Of a stretch of DNA of 64,000 nucleotides, positions 28,864 to 38,445 are shown in pieces. How positions within the stretch are numbered: position 1 is the first letter of the stretch; each line of letters begins with the position of its first letter. Both the position numbers and the translations under genes were made by a program. Where the stretch lies: positions 448,001-512,000 of the forward strand of contig OZ244744.1 of NCBI GenBank assembly GCA_965219455.1, given 5' to 3'. The notes beneath the pieces were generated by a model, which searched no databases, was not told the origin of the DNA, and saw only the letters and a program-made list of their open reading frames with translations. The stretch comes from Candidatus Latescibacterota bacterium. GTDB lineage: Bacteria > Latescibacterota > UBA2968 > GCA-2709665.

Positions 28864-30042
28864 TCAGTGAATCGACGAAAATTCCCGCCCCGCTGTCGGG
28901 TCGCCCGTTTTCCTGAAAAGAAAAATATATTCGTGTTTAAAGACATAGAAGCCGCCGGCAAGGGCACGGTAACGCCAGAGTTCCGCCTGGTTCCGCTTGG
29001 ATCGGGTTTCGTCGAAATTTTTCACAACGATGCTCTTCAGCGCGTAGCGTCTTTTCAGGACCTCATTCATGCAGTAGAACCCGAGCGGTATCCATTCGCC
29101 CTTGGAATATTTGTCTCCGACGACCAGAGCAAAGTACCGATCGGTCTCCAGATACGGTGTCACATTGTCCACCGTTTGACCGAACATTTGAAGAAACGCC
29201 TCTGTGCTCCCGGCGTTGGAAAGATCGTCGCTGTCGTCGGAAAATCGAATAATGTCGTGGTACGGAGGATGCATGATGAGAAGCTGCACCTGCCTGACGC
29301 GACACCTGTCCAGCGCGCCGCGAATGTCCATCTTTCGGTTGTCGCCAACGACGATTTCCGTTGTCACGTCGTCATCATTTCGGGTTGCCTCAACGAGCCT
29401 TCTTGCCTCCTCGGCGACCCCCTGATTGAGTTCCAGGCCGATGCCGTTACGCCCGAGCCGTCTGCATTCGATCAGCGTGGTCCCGCTACCGACAAATGTG
29501 TCCATTACCCAATCCTGCCGGCGGGTGTATCTGAGCATCATCTGTTGGGGAATCTGAGGGATAAAGTTGCCCCAATACCACCCGAGATGCCCGCCCGTCG
29601 AATCCCGCCGCTTCATGACCCACAGACTGTCCGTCAAGACGTCTTCATACTCCTTCCACCTCAGAAGATTGATGTCGTTGATCTCCAACTTCCTGACCTT
29701 CTGGACGCCGTCACGCAACCGCTTGACGTAATACCTTGCGCGTTCGACCGTCCGTGCCTCCAGGATCTGATTCAGTTCCGATACAACCACATCCCTGCGC
29801 AACGAAACGGTCTCATGCCCCGGCCTCGGCTCCGAGAATCCGTCGGAACTGCGTTCAGGAGATTCAACGACGTGTCGAACACTCAACGTCTTGCTTCGCA
29901 GTGCATCCACATCCGTCTGGCCGTAGATATCGTCGAGCGCCTGAACGAACCTCCTTCTGTCGAAAACCGCGCTCCCGTAGCCCAACGGCGACGTGTTCAG
30001 ATCTTCGGAATACCGCGCTTCCTGCTGGCTTGTTTCCTGCAC
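28864..30042 (-). CDS. Orphan N4/N6 DNA methyltransferase-family protein
   Basis: GNFIPQIP, SAM-binding DTFVGSGTTLIE, GIGLEL, catalytic-type HPPY and HEYIF. GTG 30042 has AGGAGG upstream; the frame is open to 30189. Confidence 0.8.
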   Translation of the reverse strand: MQETSQQEARYSEDLNTSPLGYGSAVFDRRRFVQALDDIYGQTDVDALRSKTLSVRHVVESPERSSDGFSEPRPGHETVSLRRDVVVSELNQILEARTVERARYYVKRLRDGVQKVRKLEINDINLLRWKEYEDVLTDSLWVMKRRDSTGGHLGWYWGNFIPQIPQQMMLRYTRRQDWVMDTFVGSGTTLIECRRLGRNGIGLELNQGVAEEARRLVEATRNDDDVTTEIVVGDNRKMDIRGALDRCRVRQVQLLIMHPPYHDIIRFSDDSDDLSNAGSTEAFLQMFGQTVDNVTPYLETDRYFALVVGDKYSKGEWIPLGFYCMNEVLKRRYALKSIVVKNFDETRSKRNQAELWRYRALAGGFYVFKHEYIFLFRKTGDPTAGREFSSIH

Positions 30043-30333
30043 AGACCCTGTTCCTCCTGCCGCCGCGACCACGGGTTTTTTAGTTAGAGGCGATGACTCG
30101 CGACGTTGCGCCGGCTTTGCGGTATGGTACTGAAATGCGACGGCCAATGCAAGCACAACGACGAGAACCGTACGCTGCCGGGAACTCACCGGTGTCCGGC
30201 GTCACACGTCGGTTTTCTCCGAGACGCGTTCCGCACGCAGGCCGTTAGTCCTTTCACGATGGTTGGATGCATGTCGGGGCGTTTCCGCTTCGGTTTATCC
30301 AGGCCGGGATATCGGAGCCTACCGATAAAAGCA

Positions 30334-30365
30334 AAGGGCCTGCGGCGAATTCATCGCAGGCCCTT
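30334..30365 (-). terminator. Terminator downstream of tRNA-Val
   Basis: AAGGGCCTGCG-N10-CGCAGGCCCTT stem followed by TGCTTTT on the minus strand. Confidence 0.7.
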
Positions 30366-30383
30366 CATTTTCAGTGATTTATA

Positions 30384-30460
30384 TGGTGGGCGATACTGGA
30401 CTCGAACCAGTGACCTCTTGCATGTCAAGCAAGCACTCTAACCACCTGAGCTAATCGCCC
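30384..30460 (-). tRNA. tRNA-Val(GAC)
   Basis: Reverse complement GGGCGATTAGCTCAGGTGGTTAGAG...CTTGC-TTGACAT-GCAAG...GGTTCGAGTCC...CGCCCACCA; folds as a cloverleaf with encoded CCA. Confidence 0.97.
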
Positions 30461-30593
30461 ATCCATTTCGAACCGGTCATTTCGAGCACCCACAAACTGG
30501 CGACAACCCATTCGAGTTCCATTGGAATTGCACAGCCGGCGTGGGCGTCAATTCGTATCGACGGCACCGCCCCCTATGCCATTCCAGATAGCA

Positions 30594-30622
30594 AATCTAT
30601 ACCATATTATGGGCGAAGTCAA
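30594..30622 (-). promoter_or_regulatory. Sigma70 promoter for tRNA-Val
   Basis: Minus strand TTGACT-N17-TAGATT. Confidence 0.6.
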
Positions 30623-30720
30623 GCGGAATGTGGGATCGAACCGCTGGTTCGGGCGGCCGCCGATTCGTTGGAGATCAGCGGTCACGCGACCCATCTGTTG
30701 ACAGGCGGCGACCCTGGTAT

Positions 30721-31800
30721 TCAAACGCACCTAAGCACATCCTCGGCAAGCCGGGTACCCTCCACGCGTGCCCGGATCTTGGCAAATGCAAGTTCGCGGG
30801 AGGTTGACAGATCGTCGTCGAATGGAGAGAAACCACAATCGTCGGTGGTGCCCAATTGGGCGACGGGTATGTATCCGGCGGCCTCCACAACGCGGTCCCG
30901 TACCTCCTCGGGCGACTCCACGCGGGGTTCGATCGCGTCGATGACGCCGACAAAGACGCGGTGACCTGGCCGGATAAGCGTCCCGATCTGCTCCAGGGCC
31001 TTTCGAGGATCTCTTTCGGATGCCATGGCGACATAGAAGTTGCCCACGTTTATCTCGAACAACGTGGGGAGCAGGTCGCTGTAATCCACATCGGCACTGT
31101 GGGTGGCGTCCCAATCGCCTCCGGGACAGGTATGTACCCCCAGCCTCGCACGCTCATCGTCCGTAAACGATTCGAGGCCGGTATTCAGCAACGCCACAAA
31201 GCTTCTAAGGAGGTCGCCGGAGGGATCTAGTTTCACCGCCAGACGTCCCTCGGTGAAGTCGATCTGGACCCTGTGCGCGCCCGCATCCAGGCACCGGCGC
31301 GCTTCTCCGACGTGCTCACGTACGAGGTCCGCCAAAAACCGGTCGTTCGGATAGTCACCGATCCCGTCCGGCGGATAAACGAGACTGATCAGGGAGGGCG
31401 CGATCACGGCCTGTTTTACTCGGACCCGGGCGTGTTTCATTGCGTTCCGGAGGTACAGGTCGGCGCTTTCAGTATAGCGAAAAGGACCCTCTGTCAGACG
31501 TGGCAGCTGCCTGGTGTGACCATCGGAAAACTGGACTTCCACGCCGTCGGGAGCAATGTTCCCAGCTCCGCGCAGGCAATAGAATGCGAAACCGCCGAAT
31601 TTGCGCTGTTCGCCGTCGCTGATAACGGGGGAGCCCGTCTCCTCGAAACCGCGTATGGTCTCTATGGTGGCCTCATGGGCAACGGCATCGAGCGCCTGGA
31701 GGCTGATCCGGCCCTCGCGGAACTGCCGGTGCGCCTCCACCAGTTCCGCGGTTCGGGGGATGGAACCGATGGGTTCGGTGGGGATGGCATCATTGGACAT
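30721..31800 (-). CDS. Cobalamin-independent methionine synthase catalytic-domain (core MetE-like) protein
   Basis: TEPIGSIPR, SDGEQ, VQIDFTE, Zn ligands HTC and DDCGF; GGAGG ribosome-binding site. Confidence 0.85.
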   Translation of the reverse strand: MSNDAIPTEPIGSIPRTAELVEAHRQFREGRISLQALDAVAHEATIETIRGFEETGSPVISDGEQRKFGGFAFYCLRGAGNIAPDGVEVQFSDGHTRQLPRLTEGPFRYTESADLYLRNAMKHARVRVKQAVIAPSLISLVYPPDGIGDYPNDRFLADLVREHVGEARRCLDAGAHRVQIDFTEGRLAVKLDPSGDLLRSFVALLNTGLESFTDDERARLGVHTCPGGDWDATHSADVDYSDLLPTLFEINVGNFYVAMASERDPRKALEQIGTLIRPGHRVFVGVIDAIEPRVESPEEVRDRVVEAAGYIPVAQLGTTDDCGFSPFDDDLSTSRELAFAKIRARVEGTRLAEDVLRCV

Positions 31801-31945
31801 GGCGTTCCTCCGGATAAACAGGCTGAAGTTCTGGCTGAGCGGCGAGAATTGATCGAACCTTAAAGACGTTTTCCAAATAATACCGCCACGATACCCTGGC
31901 CGGCATTTCGAAACAAACCGGCGGTTCCATCCAGCAGCTTCGCCG

Positions 31946-34063
31946 TTACGGGACCCATTCATTCAGGTCTTGCAACGTCCCCTGAATGAGTGGCCTGCCC
32001 TTGTAGGCGACTTCGTCACCGTGGGCAACCGCGCCGTATGTGATTCTGCCGTTTTCAAACGACACGACGCAAAGCCGTCCTCTAAAGCTGAGATCTCCAC
32101 ACCGGACCCGATCTCCTTCCCCAGTTCCATAGACGATCAGATCCGTGCGGCGGTTCCGCTCCACCCGGATACCACGGGCCAGATGCAACGGCGCTCTGCG
32201 CCCGTTTACCTGCACCGGCACCCGGGCGACGCCCACCCGTGACGGGGTCTTTCGGAATGGCACCAGGGCAACGTCGTAATTCATGGAAAACTGGTTCCGG
32301 CTGGAAATCCACTTCTGAAACCCGATCCAGTACCGGTTCGGGTACGGATGCGGCGCCCCGTCGGATTCCTCGTAGGAAACGCCCTGGCGAACGTACCGGA
32401 TCTCGGAGGGTCTGGCGGGAACAACCTGAAGTCCAGGACCTCCGCCGGCGAGCGACCGGCGTTTTCCAGCCTTCCACCTGAACGGAGCGTGAAGGTACCA
32501 CGTGTACGCGTGGTGTCGCTCGGTCTCCAGAATGGTATCGGAGATCAGGAAGTAACGCGGTTTCAGAAACACGATCCGGCGTTCGAGGATCACGCCGAAT
32601 TCCTTCTCGTAACCCCCGTGCCTGGCGGAGAAATAGTCCACCTCTTTTCCGGATACCCACTCGACGTCCTCGCCTCGATGGTTCACCCTGTCCAGCGGCG
32701 CGTCGTTCACGACAACCTGATTGTGGGCCCGGGGAGACCGGAAGTAGTGATTCAGAGGATTGTCGTAGGATCCCCAGCGGGTCGTCTCGATCGCCAGGGG
32801 TTTCCCAAACGCATACATCGAGAAATCCAGCAGATCGTTGTGGCTGTGGCCCCCACCCCATGCGCCGTAGTTGATGACCATATACAGGGCATCGCGGTCC
32901 CAGCCAGACCGCATCACGGCGTACCCGGAAGGCGCGAGGTTGATCGACGAAAAAGATGGCTTCTCCGGACGGACCCTGTCAATGGATGGGATCCGGTCGC
33001 GTACGGGCCAGAGATAGCGCCCGGAGCCCGTAAACCGGACCGCTTCCTCCAGAAGGTCGTCCTGGCGGGCAAAACCGCCGTCGTTGAAGCCGATGGATTC
33101 GCCCAGCGGCGTCGCGGTTGCCAGAAACCATTCGTACATTTCCGCGAGGCGGGATCTCACGGGCTCCGGCAATCGGACGTGTGGATTCAGGTCTGCAAAG
33201 TCCACCGTACGTTGAACGCAACGGAGGCTCACGACGCCATAGCCGGCCGTACGCTCGGAGTGGCAGCCGTCCGCAAAGAAATCCTTTTCCGCATGTTCGG
33301 CAATTCGCCGCATTCCGATCTCGATCCAGTCCCCGGCTTCGCGGAATTCATGAAAGAGCCCCCCGCAGTAGACAAGGGCGAATGAACCGGTCAACTGCCA
33401 GTTTCCGCTCACGTATCCTTCACGTTCGAGCAAGTCGAGCCATCGGCATCCGCCCAGAATGGTCTTAAGGATGCGTTCGTGAGTTCGCCACCCGAAAACG
33501 CCGGCGTTCCGGTACTCGCAATAGTGGTCCACAAACTGGGGATTCCTGCCTCCAATCCCAAGTTCATAGAAGATCACGTCGAGGTGCGGAATGGTATTTT
33601 CGATGTCATCCCGCTGGTCATACCACTGATTGAACAACTCCTGGAAACACTCGGCGAATTTCAATTCTCCCGTTTTCGCGTAGGCCACACGAAGCGGGTC
33701 GCTCCAGAACCAGTAGTGCATGCCGTATTTGCCGCTCTGGCCCCAGTCGGCGTTGAAGTCGACCCGTTTTCCGAATCGGTAGGTGGGCGTCTGCCACCCC
33801 TGATACGTGATTTCGTGCTTTACCAATCGTTCCGCCTGCTCGATCGCGTCGGGGCCGGGCCGCCTCTCAAAGCGGTCAACCAGATTTCTCCCGGTTTTTC
33901 TCCCTGCGAAGTAGGCGCCCCAGGCGGAACAGGCATCCTTCCAGCGGCCCGTCGTTGCCGCTTCCCGGACGGCCTCGAGACCGGGCAGATCCAGGTTTAA
34001 CGCGGCGAAGAGATCCTTCTGAGAGATATGGCGCATCTTTGACCGGCTGACACCTGGAGGCAT
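31946..34063 (-). CDS. Heparinase II/III family protein (no clear signal peptide)
   Basis: GNWQ, DG.HSERT.GY, SGYAVMRSGW, GHSHNDLL.F and AHNQVVVN. Confidence 0.85.
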   Translation of the reverse strand: MPPGVSRSKMRHISQKDLFAALNLDLPGLEAVREAATTGRWKDACSAWGAYFAGRKTGRNLVDRFERRPGPDAIEQAERLVKHEITYQGWQTPTYRFGKRVDFNADWGQSGKYGMHYWFWSDPLRVAYAKTGELKFAECFQELFNQWYDQRDDIENTIPHLDVIFYELGIGGRNPQFVDHYCEYRNAGVFGWRTHERILKTILGGCRWLDLLEREGYVSGNWQLTGSFALVYCGGLFHEFREAGDWIEIGMRRIAEHAEKDFFADGCHSERTAGYGVVSLRCVQRTVDFADLNPHVRLPEPVRSRLAEMYEWFLATATPLGESIGFNDGGFARQDDLLEEAVRFTGSGRYLWPVRDRIPSIDRVRPEKPSFSSINLAPSGYAVMRSGWDRDALYMVINYGAWGGGHSHNDLLDFSMYAFGKPLAIETTRWGSYDNPLNHYFRSPRAHNQVVVNDAPLDRVNHRGEDVEWVSGKEVDYFSARHGGYEKEFGVILERRIVFLKPRYFLISDTILETERHHAYTWYLHAPFRWKAGKRRSLAGGGPGLQVVPARPSEIRYVRQGVSYEESDGAPHPYPNRYWIGFQKWISSRNQFSMNYDVALVPFRKTPSRVGVARVPVQVNGRRAPLHLARGIRVERNRRTDLIVYGTGEGDRVRCGDLSFRGRLCVVSFENGRITYGAVAHGDEVAYKGRPLIQGTLQDLNEWVP

Positions 34064-34089
34064 AGGCAGTCCCTTTCAGTCGTTTGCCC

Positions 34090-34118
34090 TTGACATCCCC
34101 GTGAGGAGGTCGAATATT
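34090..34118 (+). promoter_or_regulatory. Putative sigma70 promoter
   Basis: TTGACA-N17-AATATT upstream of the oxidoreductase. Confidence 0.4.
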
Positions 34119-34245
34119 ACCGATCCCGCGCCTGAAAACGCTCGATGAAGCAGGTGGACATCCAGTGCGGCGAGGTTTCGACCGGTCCACCCGCGAAAGT
34201 CCTTCACGGCTCCGAGAAAACCCGGAAGAAAGGATAAGGCAAACG

Positions 34246-35322
34246 ATGAAAATCTATAGAGCCGCGCTTGTCGGATGCAGCCGGATGGGCGCCTTTATCG
34301 ACAACGAAGTACCGGATTCCAGGAGCGCCTATTCGCATGCGGCGGGATACGAGGCGTGCAAACGCACGGAAATGATCGCCTGTTCGGATTTACGCGTCGA
34401 AGCGATGAGACAGGTCGGACTCCGTTATGGCGTGCCTGACGACAAGCAGTACATCGACTACAGAGATATGATCGAACGCGAGCGACCGGATATCGTCAGC
34501 GTAGCCACCCAGCCCGAGCAGCGCGCTGCAATCGTCGTCGATGCGGTCGACCGGGGAGTCCGCGCGATCTATGGTGAAAAGGCTATGGCCGCATCGCTCG
34601 ACGAAGCGGACGCGATGGTGGATGCGATCGAGCGTAACGGCGCCATTTTCAACCTGGGCACAAACCGCCGCTGGGATCCTGGATACGACGCGATGAAGGA
34701 CGTGATCGACAGCGGACGGATAGGCAGGTTGCGTTCGCTTATCGTCCATCAGACCGGACCCCTCTTCAATGGAGCGAGTCACAGCTTCGACGTGCTCACG
34801 AGGCTCAACAGCGACAATCCCGTGTCGTGGGTTCAGGCCCATCTGCCGAACGGGGATCAGGTGATCGACGGCGAACGCCTGACTGAGGACCCTGTCGGAC
34901 ACGGCATCCTGCAATTCGAAAACGGCGTTACCGCATACGCGCTGAATTCAGGAAGGGGCATGGAAGTGGAGGCGGTGGGCGACAGTGGCGTGGTCACGGG
35001 CATGTGCAACGGGGTGGAATGGCTCGTGCGCGAACACGGCGCCGTGGACCATCGCGGTCGGTCTGTGCTGGAACCGCGGAAATTTCCGGCCTTCGAGCCG
35101 GCCAGTTCAACCGTTCGGCTGATCGAAGACCTCGTCCACTCGCTGGACACCGGCGAACCGCCGCGCGGCGGCGTGAGCACGGCGCGCGCCAATACCGAAC
35201 TCATCTTCGCGTTTGTCGAATCCCATGTTCGGGGCGGGACACGGGTCGAATTGCCGCTGACCGGGAGCCGGTACCGTTTGAACAGAAACAGGCCGCCGCG
35301 GCAACCGAAATATCAACGTTAA
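34246..35322 (+). CDS. Gfo/Idh/MocA family oxidoreductase
   Basis: AALVGCSRMG, PDIVSVAT, EKAMA and SHSFD. Confidence 0.85.
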   Translation: MKIYRAALVGCSRMGAFIDNEVPDSRSAYSHAAGYEACKRTEMIACSDLRVEAMRQVGLRYGVPDDKQYIDYRDMIERERPDIVSVATQPEQRAAIVVDAVDRGVRAIYGEKAMAASLDEADAMVDAIERNGAIFNLGTNRRWDPGYDAMKDVIDSGRIGRLRSLIVHQTGPLFNGASHSFDVLTRLNSDNPVSWVQAHLPNGDQVIDGERLTEDPVGHGILQFENGVTAYALNSGRGMEVEAVGDSGVVTGMCNGVEWLVREHGAVDHRGRSVLEPRKFPAFEPASSTVRLIEDLVHSLDTGEPPRGGVSTARANTELIFAFVESHVRGGTRVELPLTGSRYRLNRNRPPRQPKYQR

Positions 35323-35379
35323 GATTGGATCGGCCGGGTATTGGGTCCGGCGTGACCGTCAATTCGGTCGGCCCGGATG

Positions 35380-35763
35380 TTACAAGGGCAAAGGCCGGTA
35401 CACAATCTGCAGCAGATTGCCTTCGGGATCCGCGAGGAAGTTGAACCGGGTCCCCGTTGACGTCTCGCGGTACGGCCCCACAAATCCGGCGCCACGTCTC
35501 TCCAGCATCCGGCACGCCGAATCGAAGTCATCCACGGCGAGCGCAATATGCCGGATACCCGCATCGTCGGCGGCGCTTTCCGCGGGCGGCCGTTGGTTCG
35601 ACGGCAGGAACTCCAGAATGCCTCCGCCTGGAAGGCGCAAGAAATAGGTCTGGCTCTCGTCGTTTTCAAGGATCATCTCAAAACCCAGGATGTCGCAGTA
35701 CCACCGTGCGAGCGTATTGGAATCGGCCGCAACAATTGCAATATGCTCGATCGATCGGATCAT
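35380..35763 (-). CDS. VOC/glyoxalase family protein
   Basis: IEHIAI, WY.DILGF, GIRHIAL.VDD and DPEGN.LQ. Confidence 0.85.
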   Translation of the reverse strand: MIRSIEHIAIVAADSNTLARWYCDILGFEMILENDESQTYFLRLPGGGILEFLPSNQRPPAESAADDAGIRHIALAVDDFDSACRMLERRGAGFVGPYRETSTGTRFNFLADPEGNLLQIVYRPLPL

Positions 35764-36788
35764 GCATCCCCCATCGGTGAAATGGTGATCTCGCAGCCCG
35801 CCTTCAGCGAGGCATCGACCGCAGAGGCGATCCGGACGACCGCCAGCCCGTCCCGGGATGTGATCAGCGGCTCCCACAAGTTCCGTACCACCCCCGCAAA
35901 GTGCCGGATCAGCGAACGTGACGTGCCCTCAGTCTGGCCATGAACGTCGGGTGCGACGGATGTATCGGGATACACGATGTCTTCGGCGCCGTAAATCGAG
36001 AGTCCGTTTTCGTACGGAAGGACCTCTACGGCCCCGGCCGTGCCGCGTACGGTGAAGAGTTGGTTCTGTGGCCGTCCATCCCGGATGGGCGAACCCCATA
36101 CATTTTCCAGAACGGCAACCGCGCCGCATTCAAAGGTGAGGACGGCGACGATCAGGTCCTGCCGGCGCCGCCCGCCGGATCGTGCGTAGGCCATGACCCG
36201 CGTGACCGCGCTTCGGGACGTCCAGAGCGCCAGATCGATGTCGTGCGGCAGCAACCAATAGGCCAGCGGAAACCGGCCGAGCACCCTGTCCACTGCCGCC
36301 GGTTGGGACGACCTGCGGCTGTACACATGGAGAACCTCGCCGATATGGCCACGGGCTACCGCCTTCCGCATAGCGGCGAATCGAGGATCGAAACGCAGGC
36401 TGTGACATACCATCAGGTGCACGTCGTTCCGGTCCGCCTCATGCACCATTCGGACGGCGTGGGAAGGAGACGTTGCCATCGGCTTTTCTACGAGGACATG
36501 CTTCCCGGACTCCAGACAGGCCGCAACGGGATCCGCGTGCGCCCATTCGGAGGTGGCCACAACGACTGCTTCGATCTGCGGATGGTCGGAGAGCATGTCG
36601 CGGTAGCGAGCGCCGGTATAGCCCGGCACACCGATTTCCGTCGCCACGTTCCGGGCGGTGGCCTCCCCCTGACCGCAGACGGCAACCAGCCTCGTCAGCG
36701 CCGACTGATCGAGGAGTCGAGCGTAAAGACCGCCCATCCGGCCCGGGCCGATAACGGCGACGTCTACGGGTTGAACTGTTTCCACCAT
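35760..36788 (-). CDS. Gfo/Idh/MocA family oxidoreductase
   Basis: VAVIGPGRMG, GKHVLVEKPMA, RFDP and HDID. Confidence 0.88.
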   Translation of the reverse strand: MVETVQPVDVAVIGPGRMGGLYARLLDQSALTRLVAVCGQGEATARNVATEIGVPGYTGARYRDMLSDHPQIEAVVVATSEWAHADPVAACLESGKHVLVEKPMATSPSHAVRMVHEADRNDVHLMVCHSLRFDPRFAAMRKAVARGHIGEVLHVYSRRSSQPAAVDRVLGRFPLAYWLLPHDIDLALWTSRSAVTRVMAYARSGGRRRQDLIVAVLTFECGAVAVLENVWGSPIRDGRPQNQLFTVRGTAGAVEVLPYENGLSIYGAEDIVYPDTSVAPDVHGQTEGTSRSLIRHFAGVVRNLWEPLITSRDGLAVVRIASAVDASLKAGCEITISPMGDA

Positions 36789-36886
36789 AGGATTCCTCGG
36801 CCCGTGTCCGCAGGATGCGGAGCGAAACTCCCTTCCTGCCGCCAACCCTAACCTGAGACTTCATCGACGACGACAAAGGAGGAGTT

Positions 36887-38323
36887 ATGCTGCGTTTGCC
36901 AGCCAGCTTCCTGCTGTGCGCCTTGTTTGCCCTTTGCAGCCCCCCGCTTGCGGCCGACGAACCGTCGTCCGACGGCCAGACCCTCTATGGCCAGTATTGC
37001 TCGGCCTGCCACGCGCAGAACCTGGAGGGCATCAACGCGCCCAGCCTGATTGACGGCGTCTGGATTTACGGCGGACGCGGGAATATTGCTCGGAACATCA
37101 GGTTCGGCATCGTCCAGCAGGGAATGCCGGCGTTCGGGGAAGTCCTCACGCGGGACCAGATCAACGCCATCTCGGCATATATCCGGGAGGCCGAAAAATC
37201 CGCCGGCGCCACCAAACCGCCCATTCCGGACACCCTCGAAACCTACGACTATCGGATCCGCGTTGAACGCTGGGTGGAAGGCCTGCGGATTCCCTGGTCG
37301 ATAGCCTTCCCGGATACCGCCACCGCACTCATCACCGAGCGACCCGGGAGGCTTCGCGTGGTTAAGAACGGCGTGCTTCGGCCCGAACCCGTGTCGGATA
37401 CACCTCAGGTTCTGCACCAGGGTCAGGGCGGCCTGATGGACGTGGCCGTAGATCCCGCTTATTCGGAAAACGGCTGGGTCTACCTGTCTTACAGCCATGC
37501 GCTCAGAGACACCGCCAACAGCGACCGTGCACCCGCCATGACGCGACTGGTACGGGGTCGTCTGAAAAACAACGTCTGGACCGATCAGCAGGTCATCTAC
37601 GAAGCCCCGCACGAGACCTATGGCAGAACCCGGCACCACTACGGCTGCCGCATTGTCTTCGATAAGGCGGGCTACCTCTACTTCCCGATCGGAGACAGGG
37701 GAATTCCCCGGCATGCGCAGGACCTGAGCCGGCCCGGCGGCAAAATTCACCGCATCCACCGGAGCGGCCGGATTCCAAGTGACAACCCCTTCCTGGAGCG
37801 GGAAGGCGCCCTCCCCACCGTCTTCAGCTTCGGCCAGCGTAACCCGCAGGGCCTGGCGGTCCATCCGCTTACCGGCGCTTTATGGGAAAGCGAGCACGGA
37901 CCGATGGGTGGCGACGAAATCAACCTCATCCGGGCAGGAATCAACTACGGCTGGCCGACAATCACCTATGGCCGGAACTACAACGGGACCCTCGTCTCGG
38001 AGTTCGAGCGCAACCCCGGCCTGGAACAACCCGTTCTGTTCTGGCGGCCCTCCATCGCCGTGTGCGGAATCGACTTCTACCGAGGCAGCCTTTTTCCGCG
38101 GTGGAAGAACCGCCTGCTCGTCGGCGCCCTCGCGTACGAGGAAGTCCGTATCCTCACGGTCGAAAACGGACGTGTGATATACCAGGAAACTATCCTGAAA
38201 AATGCCGGCCGCGTGCGCGACGTAGCGAGCGGACCGGGCGGCGCCCTCTACGTCGTTTTAAACAGCCCCGGAACCGTACTGCGTCTCACACCGATCGCGA
38301 ATAACAACGCGGGCGAATTCTGA
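36887..38323 (+). CDS. PQQ-dependent sugar dehydrogenase (GSDH/YliI family) with N-terminal cytochrome c
   Basis: Signal peptide; CSACH heme motif and GMPAF; PWSIAF, GQGGLMDV, RNPQG, EHGPMGGDEIN and NYGWP. Confidence 0.9.
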   Translation: MLRLPASFLLCALFALCSPPLAADEPSSDGQTLYGQYCSACHAQNLEGINAPSLIDGVWIYGGRGNIARNIRFGIVQQGMPAFGEVLTRDQINAISAYIREAEKSAGATKPPIPDTLETYDYRIRVERWVEGLRIPWSIAFPDTATALITERPGRLRVVKNGVLRPEPVSDTPQVLHQGQGGLMDVAVDPAYSENGWVYLSYSHALRDTANSDRAPAMTRLVRGRLKNNVWTDQQVIYEAPHETYGRTRHHYGCRIVFDKAGYLYFPIGDRGIPRHAQDLSRPGGKIHRIHRSGRIPSDNPFLEREGALPTVFSFGQRNPQGLAVHPLTGALWESEHGPMGGDEINLIRAGINYGWPTITYGRNYNGTLVSEFERNPGLEQPVLFWRPSIAVCGIDFYRGSLFPRWKNRLLVGALAYEEVRILTVENGRVIYQETILKNAGRVRDVASGPGGALYVVLNSPGTVLRLTPIANNNAGEF

Positions 38324-38445
38324 TCCCGACCGGATGCACGCGGACGGAATCTCATTGGCACCGGAACATCCCGTCTATCGAATATCGTGGACACCGTAAT
38401 CAGGATTCCGGACGGCGCCGGGTGCGCTGCATAGCGCCTGGGGTC

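Noticed and set aside
28738-30087. Long antisense ORFs (also 56129-57655, 59312-60469, 53586-54719, 36848-37864)
   Set aside because: They mirror well-supported genes on the other strand, have no recognisable motifs, and are expected in GC-rich DNA.
30043-30189. Apparent signal peptide (TVLVVVLALAVAF) on the DNA methyltransferase, suggesting an exported methyltransferase
   Set aside because: An in-frame GTG at 30042 has a strong AGGAGG site, while GTG 30189 has no clear one; the extension is probably untranslated.
30189-30460. Possible genomic island integrated at tRNA-Val or tRNA-Phe
   Set aside because: I found no integrase and no duplicated tRNA 3' end in the window.
31801-31945. SAM, SAH or cobalamin riboswitch upstream of the MetE-like gene
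   Set aside because: No consensus elements of these riboswitches recognised.
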